Of a DNA stretch of 60,521 nucleotides, positions 1 to 10,842 are shown piece by piece. The notes under the pieces are model-generated. The model did no database searches. It was given only the letters and a program-made list of their open reading frames with translations, and was not told where the DNA came from. A program made the translations under genes and the position numbers. Position 1 is the first letter of the stretch; the number at the start of each line of letters is the position of its first letter. This DNA is from Rikenellaceae bacterium DTU049 (GTDB lineage: Bacteria > Bacteroidota > Bacteroidia > Bacteroidales > DTU049): NCBI GenBank assembly GCA_001513285.1, contig LFTI01000087.1:1-60521 (forward strand), in the 5' to 3' direction.

Positions 1-98
1 TCAATTTTTCTTTATTTTTTTTAAAATAAAATATTCAAATTGACTTTTTAAGGGATGACTAATTAATATTTTATATCATAATATTTTAAGAATTATTA

Positions 99-174
99 GG
101 TTAATATTTAACTGTCCAATAATATATAAAATTATTCTCTTTTAATTTTTACCCATATAAAACGTTATAGAACC
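99..174 (-). mobile_element. MITE end (copy A of a dispersed GGTTCTATAAYGTTT terminal sequence, ISL3-like)
   Basis: Reverse complement reads GGTTCTATAACGTTTTATATGGGTAAAAATTAAA...TATTATTGGACAGTTAAATAT, matching the sequences starting at 15736 and 53999. Confidence 0.7.
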
Positions 175-191
175 AAACTTTTATAAGCCCA

Positions 192-3143
192 TTAATATAT
201 AACTAATACTTTCCCAATTAAATTATGAAATTCTCCTTTTTCTAAATCAGCAAATTTAATGACATAAACATAACTATCTGATTTTACTAATTGACCATTG
301 AATGTACCATCCCACCCTTGATTTATATCTATAGTATAGAATAATTGTTTTCCCCATCTATCATAAATTCTCATTTCAAAAGTATTCGGATTTATGTTAG
401 TCCCCTTAATATTAAATAATTCATTTAAATCGTTTCCATTTGGTGTAAATGCATTAGGAATATAAAAGGTACTAGCCTCTTCTTTAATAATTATATTTGC
501 TCCCACTGTATCTACACATCCATATTCGTCTGATACTAATAAAATAACATGGTATTCACCAGGATTTGTATATGAATATGTAGGAGAATATTCTGTTGAT
601 ATATTTCCATCACCAAAATCCCATTCATAAAAACTCGCACCAGTAGAATAGTTTTCAAAATATATTATTGGATCTTCAATAGTTGTGATTTGTGGTTTAG
701 GTGCAAAATTTGCTTGAGGCATAGGGGCTTCTGTCAGCGTTATAGAAATAGATGAGCTACATCCATTAGCATCGATAACTGTTAAATTATAATTTCCAGC
801 AGAAATATTATTTAAATTTCCACTATTCGCTCCATTAGACCATTGATAAACATATGGAGGAATACCACCAGTTACATTGGTTATTATATTCCCATCTGAT
901 TGTCCACAATGTGATTGTGTAGTGGTATAATGAATTGTTGGCAATGGATGAACAGTTATTGTAACTTCTGCTGTGCCAGTACAACCTTCATTAGTAGTTC
1001 CTGTAACAGAATACGTTGTAGATGTAGATGGTGCTATAGTAATATTATTTCCCGTGAAATTATTACTCCAAACAAAAGATGTGACAGGTATATCAGAATT
1101 AGCTATCAATGTTGTACTTGAGCCAATACAAATCGATAATTGTGAAGGATCAATACTTACCGTCGGCAATGGATTTACCGTTACACTTATAGTGGCAGTG
1201 CCTGTACATCCTGCATTTGTCCCTGTTACTGTATATGTCGTCGTTGCATTTGGTGTTACTGTTATACTTGCTGTGCTGTCTCCTGTGCTCCAACTATATG
1301 AACTTGCTCCACTTGCCGTTAATACTGAGGTGTCACCTGAACATATTGACGATGGTGTAGCTGTAACATTAATTGTTGGTGAAGAACTCACTGTAATTGT
1401 AACAGTTGCAGTATTTGAACATCCTACTCCATTTGTTCCCGTTACAGTATATGTCGTCGTTGCATTTGGTGTTACTGTTATACTTGCTGTGCTGTCTCCT
1501 GTGCTCCAACTATATGTACTAGCTCCGCTGCCATTTAAAACTATAGAATTTCCAGTGCATATTTGAGGATTGTTTGGAGTTATTTGTACAGAGATGTCAT
1601 TAATGTTTAAAAAAGTACTTATAGAATCTTCCATACAAGATTCAGGTCTTGTAAAATACATTGTTAAATTATATGTACCTGAAGATTGATAACTATGTGA
1701 AATATTTACTCCATTTGCAGTATTACCATCACCAAAATCCCAATGTATATTGTAAATATGAGAAGATGTATCAGCTATAAATGTTATTAATTGGTTATTG
1801 CAAATAGTATCATGGAATAAGCTATATGGTATAGTATCATTATTAATTACAATAGATAGCTCTATTTGTAGAGCTTTAACATTGGCTCCAGCCAAGTAAC
1901 CATAAGAATCTACATTACCAAAGCCATAAACTATAGCTGTAAATCCGCTATCCGAATCTAGAATATGAGTTCCTTGATCAATATTTATTCTTATGTATGA
2001 AAATAAATTATTTGATGGTACAGTTGACCATCCAGTTAAAGTACTACCATCTAAAGTAACCAAGTTAGTATTGGCTGTTTTAGTAATAATATTAGTATAA
2101 AATTGATTAATTACACTAGTACTAAAAGCTTGAAAAACAATATTATCAATAAATTGCTCAACAGGAGATAAAATTATCATAAATGGATCAGAAGTAACAT
2201 TATCGCAAGATGTACCTTGGCTATATTGAGCAACAGATATAGGATTATTTGATGTAATAAAAGAAGCTTGACTTAAAGAAGTTTCATAATATTGGCCAGC
2301 ATTTAAATTAATTGGTGTTCCACCATTTATCTGAATTGATGTAGAATTTTCCATTGCTAATATTCTAAATTGGTCACTACTACGAGTCATTAGAGGTGAA
2401 GTAATATAATTTTTACCCCATGTTTTTAAAGGTAGCATTTGTTCATATAGGTGATCACAATATGAACATGTGGTTGGTACATTAGCACATTTATTACCAG
2501 CAAATACTGCGAAATTATTACAAGAATTTAGATTTGTTGCTTTTACAGTGGAACCAGTGAGATCGCCATAAGATTGGACCATATAAACTTCTCCAGCATT
2601 TAATGTAATGTCGAATGGTACATTTGCTCCTACACCTCCTATTACAGCAGCTTTAGGTATTATTTGTATAGATGTATTATTTTCTATACCAATAATTATA
2701 AATTCAGATGGATTATTTGATAATACTGTATATGACATTATCATATATTGGTCACCAAGAGCTTGTACTGGCAAGACTAAAGTGGCATCTGAGGAAGCAT
2801 TTCTTTGATTAGCAGCATATACTGCTATAGGATTGTTAGATACTACATGAACACCTTTATTTAAAACCACATTACTATTCTCAATATTTGGATTTTGAGC
2901 AGCAGGTATTTGAATTCCTATCGATGCGTTAGCTCCAACAGTGAAATCTTGGCTCCATCCACTACCAGGCATACTTACAGTACCTGTTGCACCTTGTGGA
3001 GATGTAATATAGATAATACAATTGGTAGGAACATTATAATTTTGCATAAAAGATACCCAAAAATCATTTCCTAAGGTAGAATATTGTGCATTTAAATTTA
3101 AAAAATTTAATAAAAATGCAAATAACAAAAGAAATTTTTTCAT
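192..3143 (-). CDS. T9SS type-B (gliding motility-associated CTD) surface protein with IgGFc-binding-like N-terminus, PKD and Ig-like/SprB repeats
   Basis: Signal peptide; SDATLVLPVQALG, DHLYEQMLP and DPFMIILSPVEQF motifs; WDFGDG PKD motifs; TTTYTVTGT repeats; C-terminal YIPNAFTPNGN..IYDRWG..WDGT. Confidence 0.88.
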   Translation of the reverse strand: MKKFLLLFAFLLNFLNLNAQYSTLGNDFWVSFMQNYNVPTNCIIYITSPQGATGTVSMPGSGWSQDFTVGANASIGIQIPAAQNPNIENSNVVLNKGVHVVSNNPIAVYAANQRNASSDATLVLPVQALGDQYMIMSYTVLSNNPSEFIIIGIENNTSIQIIPKAAVIGGVGANVPFDITLNAGEVYMVQSYGDLTGSTVKATNLNSCNNFAVFAGNKCANVPTTCSYCDHLYEQMLPLKTWGKNYITSPLMTRSSDQFRILAMENSTSIQINGGTPINLNAGQYYETSLSQASFITSNNPISVAQYSQGTSCDNVTSDPFMIILSPVEQFIDNIVFQAFSTSVINQFYTNIITKTANTNLVTLDGSTLTGWSTVPSNNLFSYIRINIDQGTHILDSDSGFTAIVYGFGNVDSYGYLAGANVKALQIELSIVINNDTIPYSLFHDTICNNQLITFIADTSSHIYNIHWDFGDGNTANGVNISHSYQSSGTYNLTMYFTRPESCMEDSISTFLNINDISVQITPNNPQICTGNSIVLNGSGASTYSWSTGDSTASITVTPNATTTYTVTGTNGVGCSNTATVTITVSSSPTINVTATPSSICSGDTSVLTASGASSYSWSTGDSTASITVTPNATTTYTVTGTNAGCTGTATISVTVNPLPTVSIDPSQLSICIGSSTTLIANSDIPVTSFVWSNNFTGNNITIAPSTSTTYSVTGTTNEGCTGTAEVTITVHPLPTIHYTTTQSHCGQSDGNIITNVTGGIPPYVYQWSNGANSGNLNNISAGNYNLTVIDANGCSSSISITLTEAPMPQANFAPKPQITTIEDPIIYFENYSTGASFYEWDFGDGNISTEYSPTYSYTNPGEYHVILLVSDEYGCVDTVGANIIIKEEASTFYIPNAFTPNGNDLNELFNIKGTNINPNTFEMRIYDRWGKQLFYTIDINQGWDGTFNGQLVKSDSYVYVIKFADLEKGEFHNLIGKVLVIY
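1231..1516. repeat. 70-bp exact intragenic direct repeat (1231-1300 = 1447-1516), period 216 bp
   Basis: Identical GTATATGTCGTCGTTGC...CAACTATATG in two adjacent 72-aa Ig-like repeats. Confidence 0.95.
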
Positions 3144-3281
3144 ATATAATATTTTTAAATTTTATAAACAATTTTTTCTCTAAACAAATTTAATATATTT
3201 TTTTAATTATCTCTATTTTTTAAATATTTTAGCTATAATATATAATATTTTATTTTTAATTTAAAATAAAAGTATATTTTA

Positions 3282-5630
3282 TTAATGAATAACATTAATA
3301 ACTCCTCTATAAATTTTATCTTTCATATTTAAAGTTGTAAATTTTATTACATAGATATAGGTATTAGAATTTATTTCTCTATCATTTTTGTCAGCAATAT
3401 TGCCATCCCACGGCTTATTAATATCAGTAGTATGAAACATTAATTTACCCGTTTTGCTATAGATAAAAATTTCATAACTTTCTGTATCTATCCCCTGTAT
3501 AAATGGAGTAAAATAATCATTTAGATTATCTCTATTTGGTGTAAAGGCATTAGGTATAAATATTTGAAAATTCTCAATAACAACGATTGAATCTTCATAT
3601 ACGGATGTGCAATTATATTGATCTGTAGCATACAAAGTAACTACAAAAGTGCCATCATTTGTATATCTATGAGTTGGATTAGCTTCTTCGCTATAAGTGC
3701 CATCACCAAAATCATATAAATAATTTGTAGCTCCTATAGTATAATTATAAAATTCAATAGGTTCACCATCCATATACCAAGTATAAACACTTGGAGTAAA
3801 TCTAGCATTAGGTCCAGACCAATAGGGAACATTGATGCTAGCTTCTTGAGTACATAAATCATCTGTTATAGTCACGAAATAAGTACCACTTTGCAAATTA
3901 TATAATTCATTAGTATCTAAAATAGAGTTATGACTCCAATGATAAGAAATAGGGAATAAATTACCAGTAACGTTTATAATAATTGTACCATCTCGATTTC
4001 CACAATGTTCTGGAGAAGATTGTGTTGTAAAAGTAAAAGGTGGCTTAGTTTCAATGAAGGTTTGCCCAACAGTTCTACAACCATTAGCATCGGTTACAGT
4101 TACAAAATATACCCCACCACTTAGCTCAGTAATAGTTTGTGTAGTTGCTGGAGGAATAGTATTCCATAAATATTGATATGGTGGAGTACCAGTCAAATTA
4201 GTGATTTCTGCTAATCCATTATTGGCATTACAATAAGCTGGTTGAGTATTTATGTCAAAGCTAGGTAGAGGATTTACAGTAATAGTAACTGTGGCAGATG
4301 AACTACAATTTGTTCCAAGGAAACCTGTTACAGTATATGTAGTAGTTTGATTAGGTATAATCATTAAATTTGCACTATTGCTACCATTACTCCAATGATA
4401 ATTATCTGCACCAGTTACGTGTAGATATGCTGTATCACCAATGCAAATTGCAGTATCATTAACAACAAGTTGTGGATTGGTTAATACTGTTACGATAGCA
4501 GTTGCACTGTTTGTGCAACCATGATTATCTGTTCCTGTAACAGAATATGTGGTAGTAGTTGTTGGATTTACTTGAATAGTATTAGTATTTTGTCCATTGC
4601 TCCAGCTGTAATTTGTAGCTCCTTGTGCAGATAAAATAGCTGTATCTCCTAGACATATAGTTTGATTATTTACAGTGATAGTAGGCAAGGAATAAATATT
4701 TATAGTAATTGAATTTGAATCAGTACAACCCTCAAGACTAGTACCAGTAACGCTAAATGTAGTTTGTTGATTAATAATTGGATTGATAGTTTGAGTATTT
4801 TGCCCATTTGACCACAAATAACTATTAGCTCCGTTAGCGGTAATATCGACTGAAGAACCTTCACATACGGTAGAAGGATTGGCTATAATAGTAATATTAG
4901 GTAAAGGATTTACTACAATAGTAGCTGTAGCACTAGCAGTACATCCTAAAGAACTAGTACCTGTAACTGTATAAATAGTAGTTGTAGTAGGATTCAAATT
5001 TAATGAAAATTGATTGCTACCATTATTCCATTGATAGCCAATGGCGTCGCCAGTTACTGAAATTGTACCAGTTTCACCATTACAAATTGTATCATTAGTA
5101 GTCGAAATAGTTGGACTACTTGCTATTAAAATAAATATTGATAAAGTAGAATAGCATCCATTGGGTGCCGTGCCTGTAACTTGAAAAAGTGAAGAAGTAT
5201 CAACAGAAATTATTATTTGATTTGTATTATCGCCAGTATTCCAATTGTAATTTGTTCCTGGAATATCAGAACTAACAGTTATGGTATCATTACCGCCAAT
5301 ATCACAAAAAACAGTTGTAGTAGCTGAATAAGATAGATTAGGTTTAGGTAAAACTGTTATCGTTACTGTCGCAGAAGCAGTTTCACTAGCTGGAGATGTT
5401 CCTGTAACTGTGTAAGTAGTTGTAAGTGTAGGAGATACATTAATAGAATTTGTAGTACTGTCATTAGACCATAAATATGTAGTGCCAGGAATATTACTGT
5501 TTGCATTCAAACTAATAATATCGCCATTACAAATAGATGTGTCACTCGGTGAAATGCTTACTACCAATTGCCCATAAGTAAAACTTATGTTAGTTAAAAA
5601 TAAATAAAATAAGACTAAATAATTCTTCAT
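3282..5630 (-). CDS. T9SS type-B CTD surface protein with Ig-like, SprB and PKD repeats
   Basis: Signal peptide; repeated Y.WSNG...TTTYTVTGT..GC units; DFGDG; FIPNAFTPNRDNLND..WDG C-terminus. Confidence 0.88.
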   Translation of the reverse strand: MKNYLVLFYLFLTNISFTYGQLVVSISPSDTSICNGDIISLNANSNIPGTTYLWSNDSTTNSINVSPTLTTTYTVTGTSPASETASATVTITVLPKPNLSYSATTTVFCDIGGNDTITVSSDIPGTNYNWNTGDNTNQIIISVDTSSLFQVTGTAPNGCYSTLSIFILIASSPTISTTNDTICNGETGTISVTGDAIGYQWNNGSNQFSLNLNPTTTTIYTVTGTSSLGCTASATATIVVNPLPNITIIANPSTVCEGSSVDITANGANSYLWSNGQNTQTINPIINQQTTFSVTGTSLEGCTDSNSITINIYSLPTITVNNQTICLGDTAILSAQGATNYSWSNGQNTNTIQVNPTTTTTYSVTGTDNHGCTNSATAIVTVLTNPQLVVNDTAICIGDTAYLHVTGADNYHWSNGSNSANLMIIPNQTTTYTVTGFLGTNCSSSATVTITVNPLPSFDINTQPAYCNANNGLAEITNLTGTPPYQYLWNTIPPATTQTITELSGGVYFVTVTDANGCRTVGQTFIETKPPFTFTTQSSPEHCGNRDGTIIINVTGNLFPISYHWSHNSILDTNELYNLQSGTYFVTITDDLCTQEASINVPYWSGPNARFTPSVYTWYMDGEPIEFYNYTIGATNYLYDFGDGTYSEEANPTHRYTNDGTFVVTLYATDQYNCTSVYEDSIVVIENFQIFIPNAFTPNRDNLNDYFTPFIQGIDTESYEIFIYSKTGKLMFHTTDINKPWDGNIADKNDREINSNTYIYVIKFTTLNMKDKIYRGVINVIH

Positions 5631-5645
5631 TTATTAAAAATTAAA

Positions 5646-8393
5646 TCATTTTACAACTGTAATTGAACCTTTATATACTTTATTAGGATTGTTTGGTCCA
5701 TTTCCTGTAAATAAAACATAATAATATGTACCACCTGGCTGGTCTTTAGCATCCCAAGTATTATCATAACCATTAGCTTCATAAACAGTATTTCCCCATC
5801 TATTTAAAATAGTAAGTTCAGAATAAGGATATTTATCAATATTTTCAATATAAAATACATCATTTATGCCATCACTATTAGGAGTAATTACATTAGGGAT
5901 TTTTAATATATCATCTAATAAGACCACATCATAATAACTAGTATCTGAGCATCCCCATCCATTAAATGCAACTAGCGTGATAGTGTATTCACCTTCATTC
6001 ATATATGAATGAGATACATAATCTATAGTAGACGTTGTAGAATCTCCAAAATCCCATAATATATGAGTATCTCCATTACTTTCATTATAACATTGAATAG
6101 TGTAGGTAGGATCATTACTTGCATATATTATCGTTGGATATATATATCCATTAGCATTTGGTCTAGGATAAACTGTTATTAAATCTTCATAATGAGCTGT
6201 AGTATCACAACCAAATTCATTGGTTACAGTAAGCCAAACATCTATATTCCCTGGTGTATTAAATTTATGTAAAGGATTATAAATAGTATCACCAAAACTC
6301 CATAAATATTTATTAGTAGGAAAATATTCATAATTAGTTTCAACAAATTGTACATATAGTGGTTGACAACCAATGGTAGGTTCTGCCATAATATTCACAG
6401 GTGGTAAGTCATGAAGTTCAATTAGAGAAATACTATCATTAACATAACAACCATAATCATCATAAACGTATATTGTATAATTACCTTTTGGTAGACTATC
6501 GAAAATATTTAAGTTAGAATTGATATTATTAGGCAAGAGTGTATAATTATAAGGTGGTGTGCCACCATTAGCGTTTATCATTATTATACCCGTTGAATCA
6601 TGCTCACACCAAATATCAACTTTATCTAAATTCACATATATTGGTGGATTACTAGCAACATTTACGCTATCACTCACACTGCAGCCGCCTTCATCTGTTA
6701 TTGTAACACTATAAGTACCCACTCCTACCATTATTGAATCAATTGGAATATTTGTAATAGTATCTCGATTTGTAGACCAATGAAAATTATATGGAGGCAT
6801 ACCATTATTTCCCCAAGCTATTATTACTCCATTTGTCATACCTTGGCATAAAACTGTATCCCCTACAATATTCATATTTAATGATGGAGCAGAAGTCATT
6901 AGTTCTGGTGGAAATATAGAATCATGAAATCCTGCTATTTCCCATGTATCATCCATCCATGTCAAAGCAAAATCAGTTATATGCAAGGTATCATCTAGAA
7001 AAGGACCGAAATGAAAACTAAAATTAGCTTTATCAGCTGATAAATTTTGTTGTTGTCCACTAAAACATGCTTCATTAACTTCATCTATATCTACACATAA
7101 ATGAGGTAAATCATTTATTGCTTGCTTTATTAAATTTAAATCAATATTAAGAGTAAAATCCAAACCAGTAATACCAAAATTAAGAACTATACTATCCCAT
7201 ACATGATTATTGAATTCATTTTCCATAAAATGTAATATTGGTCCAGTAGATAAACTATCCAGTCCGAAACAAGGCCATAAAATATTCAGATTATTACCAA
7301 CTTTGAAAGTAATTGTATCATTTATGCCACTTTGAACAATGTTATTATTAGTATCAACTTCTTCATATTGAACAGGTGTTGGGAAATGAAAAGTAGTATA
7401 TAAAGTAGGGCAAAAAGTTAAATCTTGATGTAAATAATGATTAGTAAATAAGCTTGCTTGATCTATTAAGGTATAATCTAAGCTAATATTAATATTAGCA
7501 TCATTAACAATTTGAATTGTACCGCTCAAAAGATCAATAAAGTCATTAATAGCATCTGCAGTAGACCCTCCTATTATTTCTCCCATAAATTGGATAAATT
7601 GTATTATATCTAGTCCTAGAGTCATGTAATAATCTTGTCCTTTAGCTATTAAGCATTTATTAGGTAATATGTAATCATTGTATGAAGCAATATATGGTAT
7701 ATCAGCCCATAGAGATAGACCTATTCCACCTATATCATTAATAATAAGTGGGATAACTTGACTTTGACATATATCAGGATAATCATTTACAATACATGGA
7801 TAAGTGGCAATCCCAGTATAAGTATTTAACTCAATTAATGTTAAGGAATCATAGGGGACACCCACATTAAAAATATTTATTGGAGTACAACCTCCGACAC
7901 ATAACTGTCCACTTAAATCTATATTTGCGCCAAATGAAAAATTCATTCCTATAATTCCTTCTTCAGGGAAATGAGGATTTAAGTAAGCACTTGGCAAAAC
8001 TGTATAATCGGAGTTTATAGTAGCCCATTGACCTGGAATGATTGTACCATAATCAGGAAATGTGAGAGTAATATCAACTGGATAATTAATATCTACCCAT
8101 CCATTATTAAATCCACTAGCATAATATGTTAGTGCCATAGATAAATATGCATTTAAATCAAATTCTGCTCCCCAGTCTCCTAAAATTCCTAGATCTTCAA
8201 TGTGCCCAAAAGTTTGGTTTTCGCTAAAAGTATAATTGAAAATATCTTGGTGTATATTCAAACTCCAAGTACTACCATTAGGCCCCCACATATATTGATG
8301 ATTCAAAGCCCAATCGATAGGGTGATGTACTGTATATGTTTGACAAAAAATATTTATTGGCAAAATAAATAATAAAATATATATTTTTCTCAT
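5646..8393 (-). CDS. T9SS type-B CTD surface protein with unrecognised N-terminal region, SprB and PKD repeats
   Basis: Signal peptide; GG.PPY motifs; WDFGD; IPNVITPNSDGINDVF..NRWG..WD C-terminus. Confidence 0.85.
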   Translation of the reverse strand: MRKIYILLFILPINIFCQTYTVHHPIDWALNHQYMWGPNGSTWSLNIHQDIFNYTFSENQTFGHIEDLGILGDWGAEFDLNAYLSMALTYYASGFNNGWVDINYPVDITLTFPDYGTIIPGQWATINSDYTVLPSAYLNPHFPEEGIIGMNFSFGANIDLSGQLCVGGCTPINIFNVGVPYDSLTLIELNTYTGIATYPCIVNDYPDICQSQVIPLIINDIGGIGLSLWADIPYIASYNDYILPNKCLIAKGQDYYMTLGLDIIQFIQFMGEIIGGSTADAINDFIDLLSGTIQIVNDANINISLDYTLIDQASLFTNHYLHQDLTFCPTLYTTFHFPTPVQYEEVDTNNNIVQSGINDTITFKVGNNLNILWPCFGLDSLSTGPILHFMENEFNNHVWDSIVLNFGITGLDFTLNIDLNLIKQAINDLPHLCVDIDEVNEACFSGQQQNLSADKANFSFHFGPFLDDTLHITDFALTWMDDTWEIAGFHDSIFPPELMTSAPSLNMNIVGDTVLCQGMTNGVIIAWGNNGMPPYNFHWSTNRDTITNIPIDSIMVGVGTYSVTITDEGGCSVSDSVNVASNPPIYVNLDKVDIWCEHDSTGIIMINANGGTPPYNYTLLPNNINSNLNIFDSLPKGNYTIYVYDDYGCYVNDSISLIELHDLPPVNIMAEPTIGCQPLYVQFVETNYEYFPTNKYLWSFGDTIYNPLHKFNTPGNIDVWLTVTNEFGCDTTAHYEDLITVYPRPNANGYIYPTIIYASNDPTYTIQCYNESNGDTHILWDFGDSTTSTIDYVSHSYMNEGEYTITLVAFNGWGCSDTSYYDVVLLDDILKIPNVITPNSDGINDVFYIENIDKYPYSELTILNRWGNTVYEANGYDNTWDAKDQPGGTYYYVLFTGNGPNNPNKVYKGSITVVK

Positions 8394-8407
8394 ATTATAT
8401 ATTTGTT

Positions 8408-8887
8408 TTAATTTTTAATTTCTAAAGTTTTAAATGATTCTGTTAGATAGGTGAAAAAGATTTCATCTATTTCATTGGGATATGCCGCTGTTAATATTAC
8501 TATATGTGAGTCATCGCCTGTAAAATATGTTGTTCTAATAATATTAATTTTTTTATCACCTTCATTTATCAAAATATATCCTTTTAATAATATTCCACTT
8601 TTATAATCTATCTGATAATTATTTTCAATTAATAGTGGAATGATATTATTTTTTTGAAAAAAATTATTTGTATCAAAATTCTTTTTAAAATTTTCAAAAT
8701 TTTTATTTGGAAGAATTTTTATTTGAATATTAATAAATCCTAATGAATCTTGATAATTATAAATATCATTTGTTGCAGAATTATCTATATATTCAATTCC
8801 CTCTGGTGGATTATAATTAATAGTTTGACTAAATAAAATTTGAGAAAAAATTAATAAAATGCTAATTAATAAAAATTTATTATTCAT
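8408..8887 (-). CDS. Hypothetical secreted protein, first gene of the T9SS cargo cluster
   Basis: 159-aa ORF with signal peptide (..LFS/Q), 14 nt from the next gene. Confidence 0.7.
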   Translation of the reverse strand: MNNKFLLISILLIFSQILFSQTINYNPPEGIEYIDNSATNDIYNYQDSLGFINIQIKILPNKNFENFKKNFDTNNFFQKNNIIPLLIENNYQIDYKSGILLKGYILINEGDKKINIIRTTYFTGDDSHIVILTAAYPNEIDEIFFTYLTESFKTLEIKN

Positions 8888-9079
8888 TTGTTTTTTATTT
8901 ATTGCAAATTTAAAATAATTTTTTAAATAAATGATTAATTTAATAAAAAAAATTGATTATTTAGAAATTAAAATTTAAAAAAATACACTGATAATTAATA
9001 TAATTATATCTAAAGTAATTATAAAAATTAAATCTAGAGAGAAATATAAAATGGGAGATTATGAATAGAAAAATAATAT

Positions 9080-10087
9080 TTATGTTAGGTTTTCTATTGG
9101 TTTATTTCTAAGCTTAATATATTCGTACCATGCACGCCTATCTGACGCCGCTAAATTTAATATCCTCCCCACATCCTCTATTAATTTATTTAATAAATAC
9201 TTGTGCTTCACTATATACCACATTATATAACTCTGTAAATATTTCGTAGCTACTCCTCTAAACTGCTTGTCTATCCACTTCGCAAACCTTACTGTATGCT
9301 GTCTCACTGTATTTATGTTGTATGTATCATTCTGATCTTTCACTAGTTCTCTTTTTACTGTCTTACTCTTTAAATTCTTTGACCTAAATTTCTTGAATTC
9401 TTTCCTATCTTCTCCACATATAGTGCTACTTGTAGATACTTTTTTTCTTAATATCTTTTCTATTTTCACCTTCTTTATTTTATCAAAGCATATTAGATTG
9501 AATAGCATATTGCCACTTCTGTCTTTCATCGCTAGCACTGCCACATTGTGCTGCTTCTTCTCCTGAGCTATCAAATATTCTTCTTTGCTTTTATATCTTC
9601 TACCTTTTTCTGAATATTTCATCAGCAACTCTTCGAGTTCCATTATCCCAAAAAAGTTAACATTATCATCGAAGCTCCTCAATGCTGTCAATATTCTATG
9701 TCTCCATTCGAAACTTGTCGTTAGATCTATTCCTATTTCTTTAGCACATTGGCGTAAACTTTTTCCTTCGAGCATACAGAGAATGTAGTCCAGCATTAAT
9801 TCTTTTTTATGCAGATTGTAAACAAAAGTACCGGTTGTAACTCGGAAGTTTTTGCCACATTCTTTACATTGATAGAGCTGCTGACCTTGTTGATGACCAT
9901 TCTTTATAATGTTTATGCTCTCACATTTGGGACATTGTGGCGATACACTTTGAGCCTTGAGACCTTGGTAGTCTACTACATCTGCATCTTTTTGTTTTAA
10001 TAGGTAAAAAAGTCCATCGAGGAATGCTAAATGCTCTTGTTTGCCCATAGATAAATGTTCTACTAGATTATCAACTAATTGTTTCAT
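9080..10087 (-). CDS. IS1595-family transposase-like protein, copy 1 (catalytic residues degenerate)
   Basis: CPKC..CKEC zinc ribbon, HTH ending WRHRIL, FRGVATKYLQSYIMWY signature; ELEE in place of E.DE. Confidence 0.85.
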   Translation of the reverse strand: MKQLVDNLVEHLSMGKQEHLAFLDGLFYLLKQKDADVVDYQGLKAQSVSPQCPKCESINIIKNGHQQGQQLYQCKECGKNFRVTTGTFVYNLHKKELMLDYILCMLEGKSLRQCAKEIGIDLTTSFEWRHRILTALRSFDDNVNFFGIMELEELLMKYSEKGRRYKSKEEYLIAQEKKQHNVAVLAMKDRSGNMLFNLICFDKIKKVKIEKILRKKVSTSSTICGEDRKEFKKFRSKNLKSKTVKRELVKDQNDTYNINTVRQHTVRFAKWIDKQFRGVATKYLQSYIMWYIVKHKYLLNKLIEDVGRILNLAASDRRAWYEYIKLRNKPIENLT

Positions 10088-10223
10088 AATTAATTATTTT
10101 TTATAAAATTAATTAAAATTTGGAAATGTAATCAAATAAATTTCCAAACAATAATTATTTTATTTCTCCCACATTTTCAATCAATACATAATTTTTTAAT
10201 ATTTTTGTAAAAAATTTTTGCCT

Positions 10224-10670
10224 ATGCTTTTTAGAAAACAAAACATCGTATTGTTCATCGCCTGGATTTTATTGATTTTATTATTCTTTATACCCTTTAT
10301 TAAGTTATTAACTCCTAGTTTTATACCTCTTTCTATTTATGATACTAATTCTCCGGTTCATCCTATCGGCTGGTTATATACTTTGATGGTAGTTCATATT
10401 TTAATGGTTTTATTAATACCCATTATTATTTATTATGTTAGAAATTTGGTAGTTCAATTAAGGTTAAATGCTGTAGCTTTTTTCCTTAATGTACTTTTAT
10501 TACTTGGTATGTTGCTAATACCTGATATCTGGGCTAAAAACGGTTTTTTATTTAAATATGATACTTTTGGTGTTTTAATACCTATTATTTCTTTTATAAT
10601 GATAATTTTAGCAAATAAATATATTAGATCAGATATTCAAAAAATTAGCAGTGCTAGTAGGTTAAGATAA
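10224..10670 (+). CDS. DUF4293-like membrane protein
   Basis: Four hydrophobic segments; Q.RL motif; C-terminal ANKYIRSD....ASRLR; ATG at 10224 preferred over TTG at 10218. Confidence 0.7.
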   Translation: MLFRKQNIVLFIAWILLILLFFIPFIKLLTPSFIPLSIYDTNSPVHPIGWLYTLMVVHILMVLLIPIIIYYVRNLVVQLRLNAVAFFLNVLLLLGMLLIPDIWAKNGFLFKYDTFGVLIPIISFIMIILANKYIRSDIQKISSASRLR

Positions 10671-10701
10671 TTAATAATTTTTTTAAATAAAAAAATTTAT
10701 G

Positions 10702-10709
10702 TATCTTTG
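10702..10709 (+). promoter_or_regulatory. Bacteroidota -7 promoter box for SRP RNA
   Basis: TATCTTTG fits TAnnTTTG, 5 nt upstream of the SRP RNA. Confidence 0.75.
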
Positions 10710-10714
10710 CAATT

Positions 10715-10812
10715 GGGGTAAGTCTTACACAACCAGCTCCTGCGAACTCCCCCAGGTCCGAGAGGAAGCAAGGGTAAGTGGTCGTAGCGGTGTGATGTAA
10801 GGTGCTTACCCC
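10715..10812 (+). ncRNA. ffs: Small bacterial signal recognition particle RNA (4.5S)
   Basis: Long hairpin GGGGTAAG...CTTACCCC with central CCAGGTCC-GAGA-GGAAGCAAGG helix-8 motif, followed by a T-tract. Confidence 0.93.
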
Positions 10813-10842
10813 TTTTTATTGTTTTAAAAATTTTACTCTATT

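Noticed and set aside
1231-1516. DGR template/variable repeat pair
   Set aside because: The copies are identical with no adenine-specific mismatches, both lie inside one gene, and no reverse transcriptase is present.
973-1566. 197-aa plus-strand ORF with VPVTVYVV repeats
   Set aside because: It is the antisense shadow of the Thr/Gly-rich repeats of 192-3143. The other short ORFs nested within or antisense to long genes were rejected for the same reason.
9050-10170. GGGAGA/TCTCCC as terminal inverted repeats of copy 1
   Set aside because: The match is only about 7 bp, is not shared with the other copies, and is expected from the local G/C skew.
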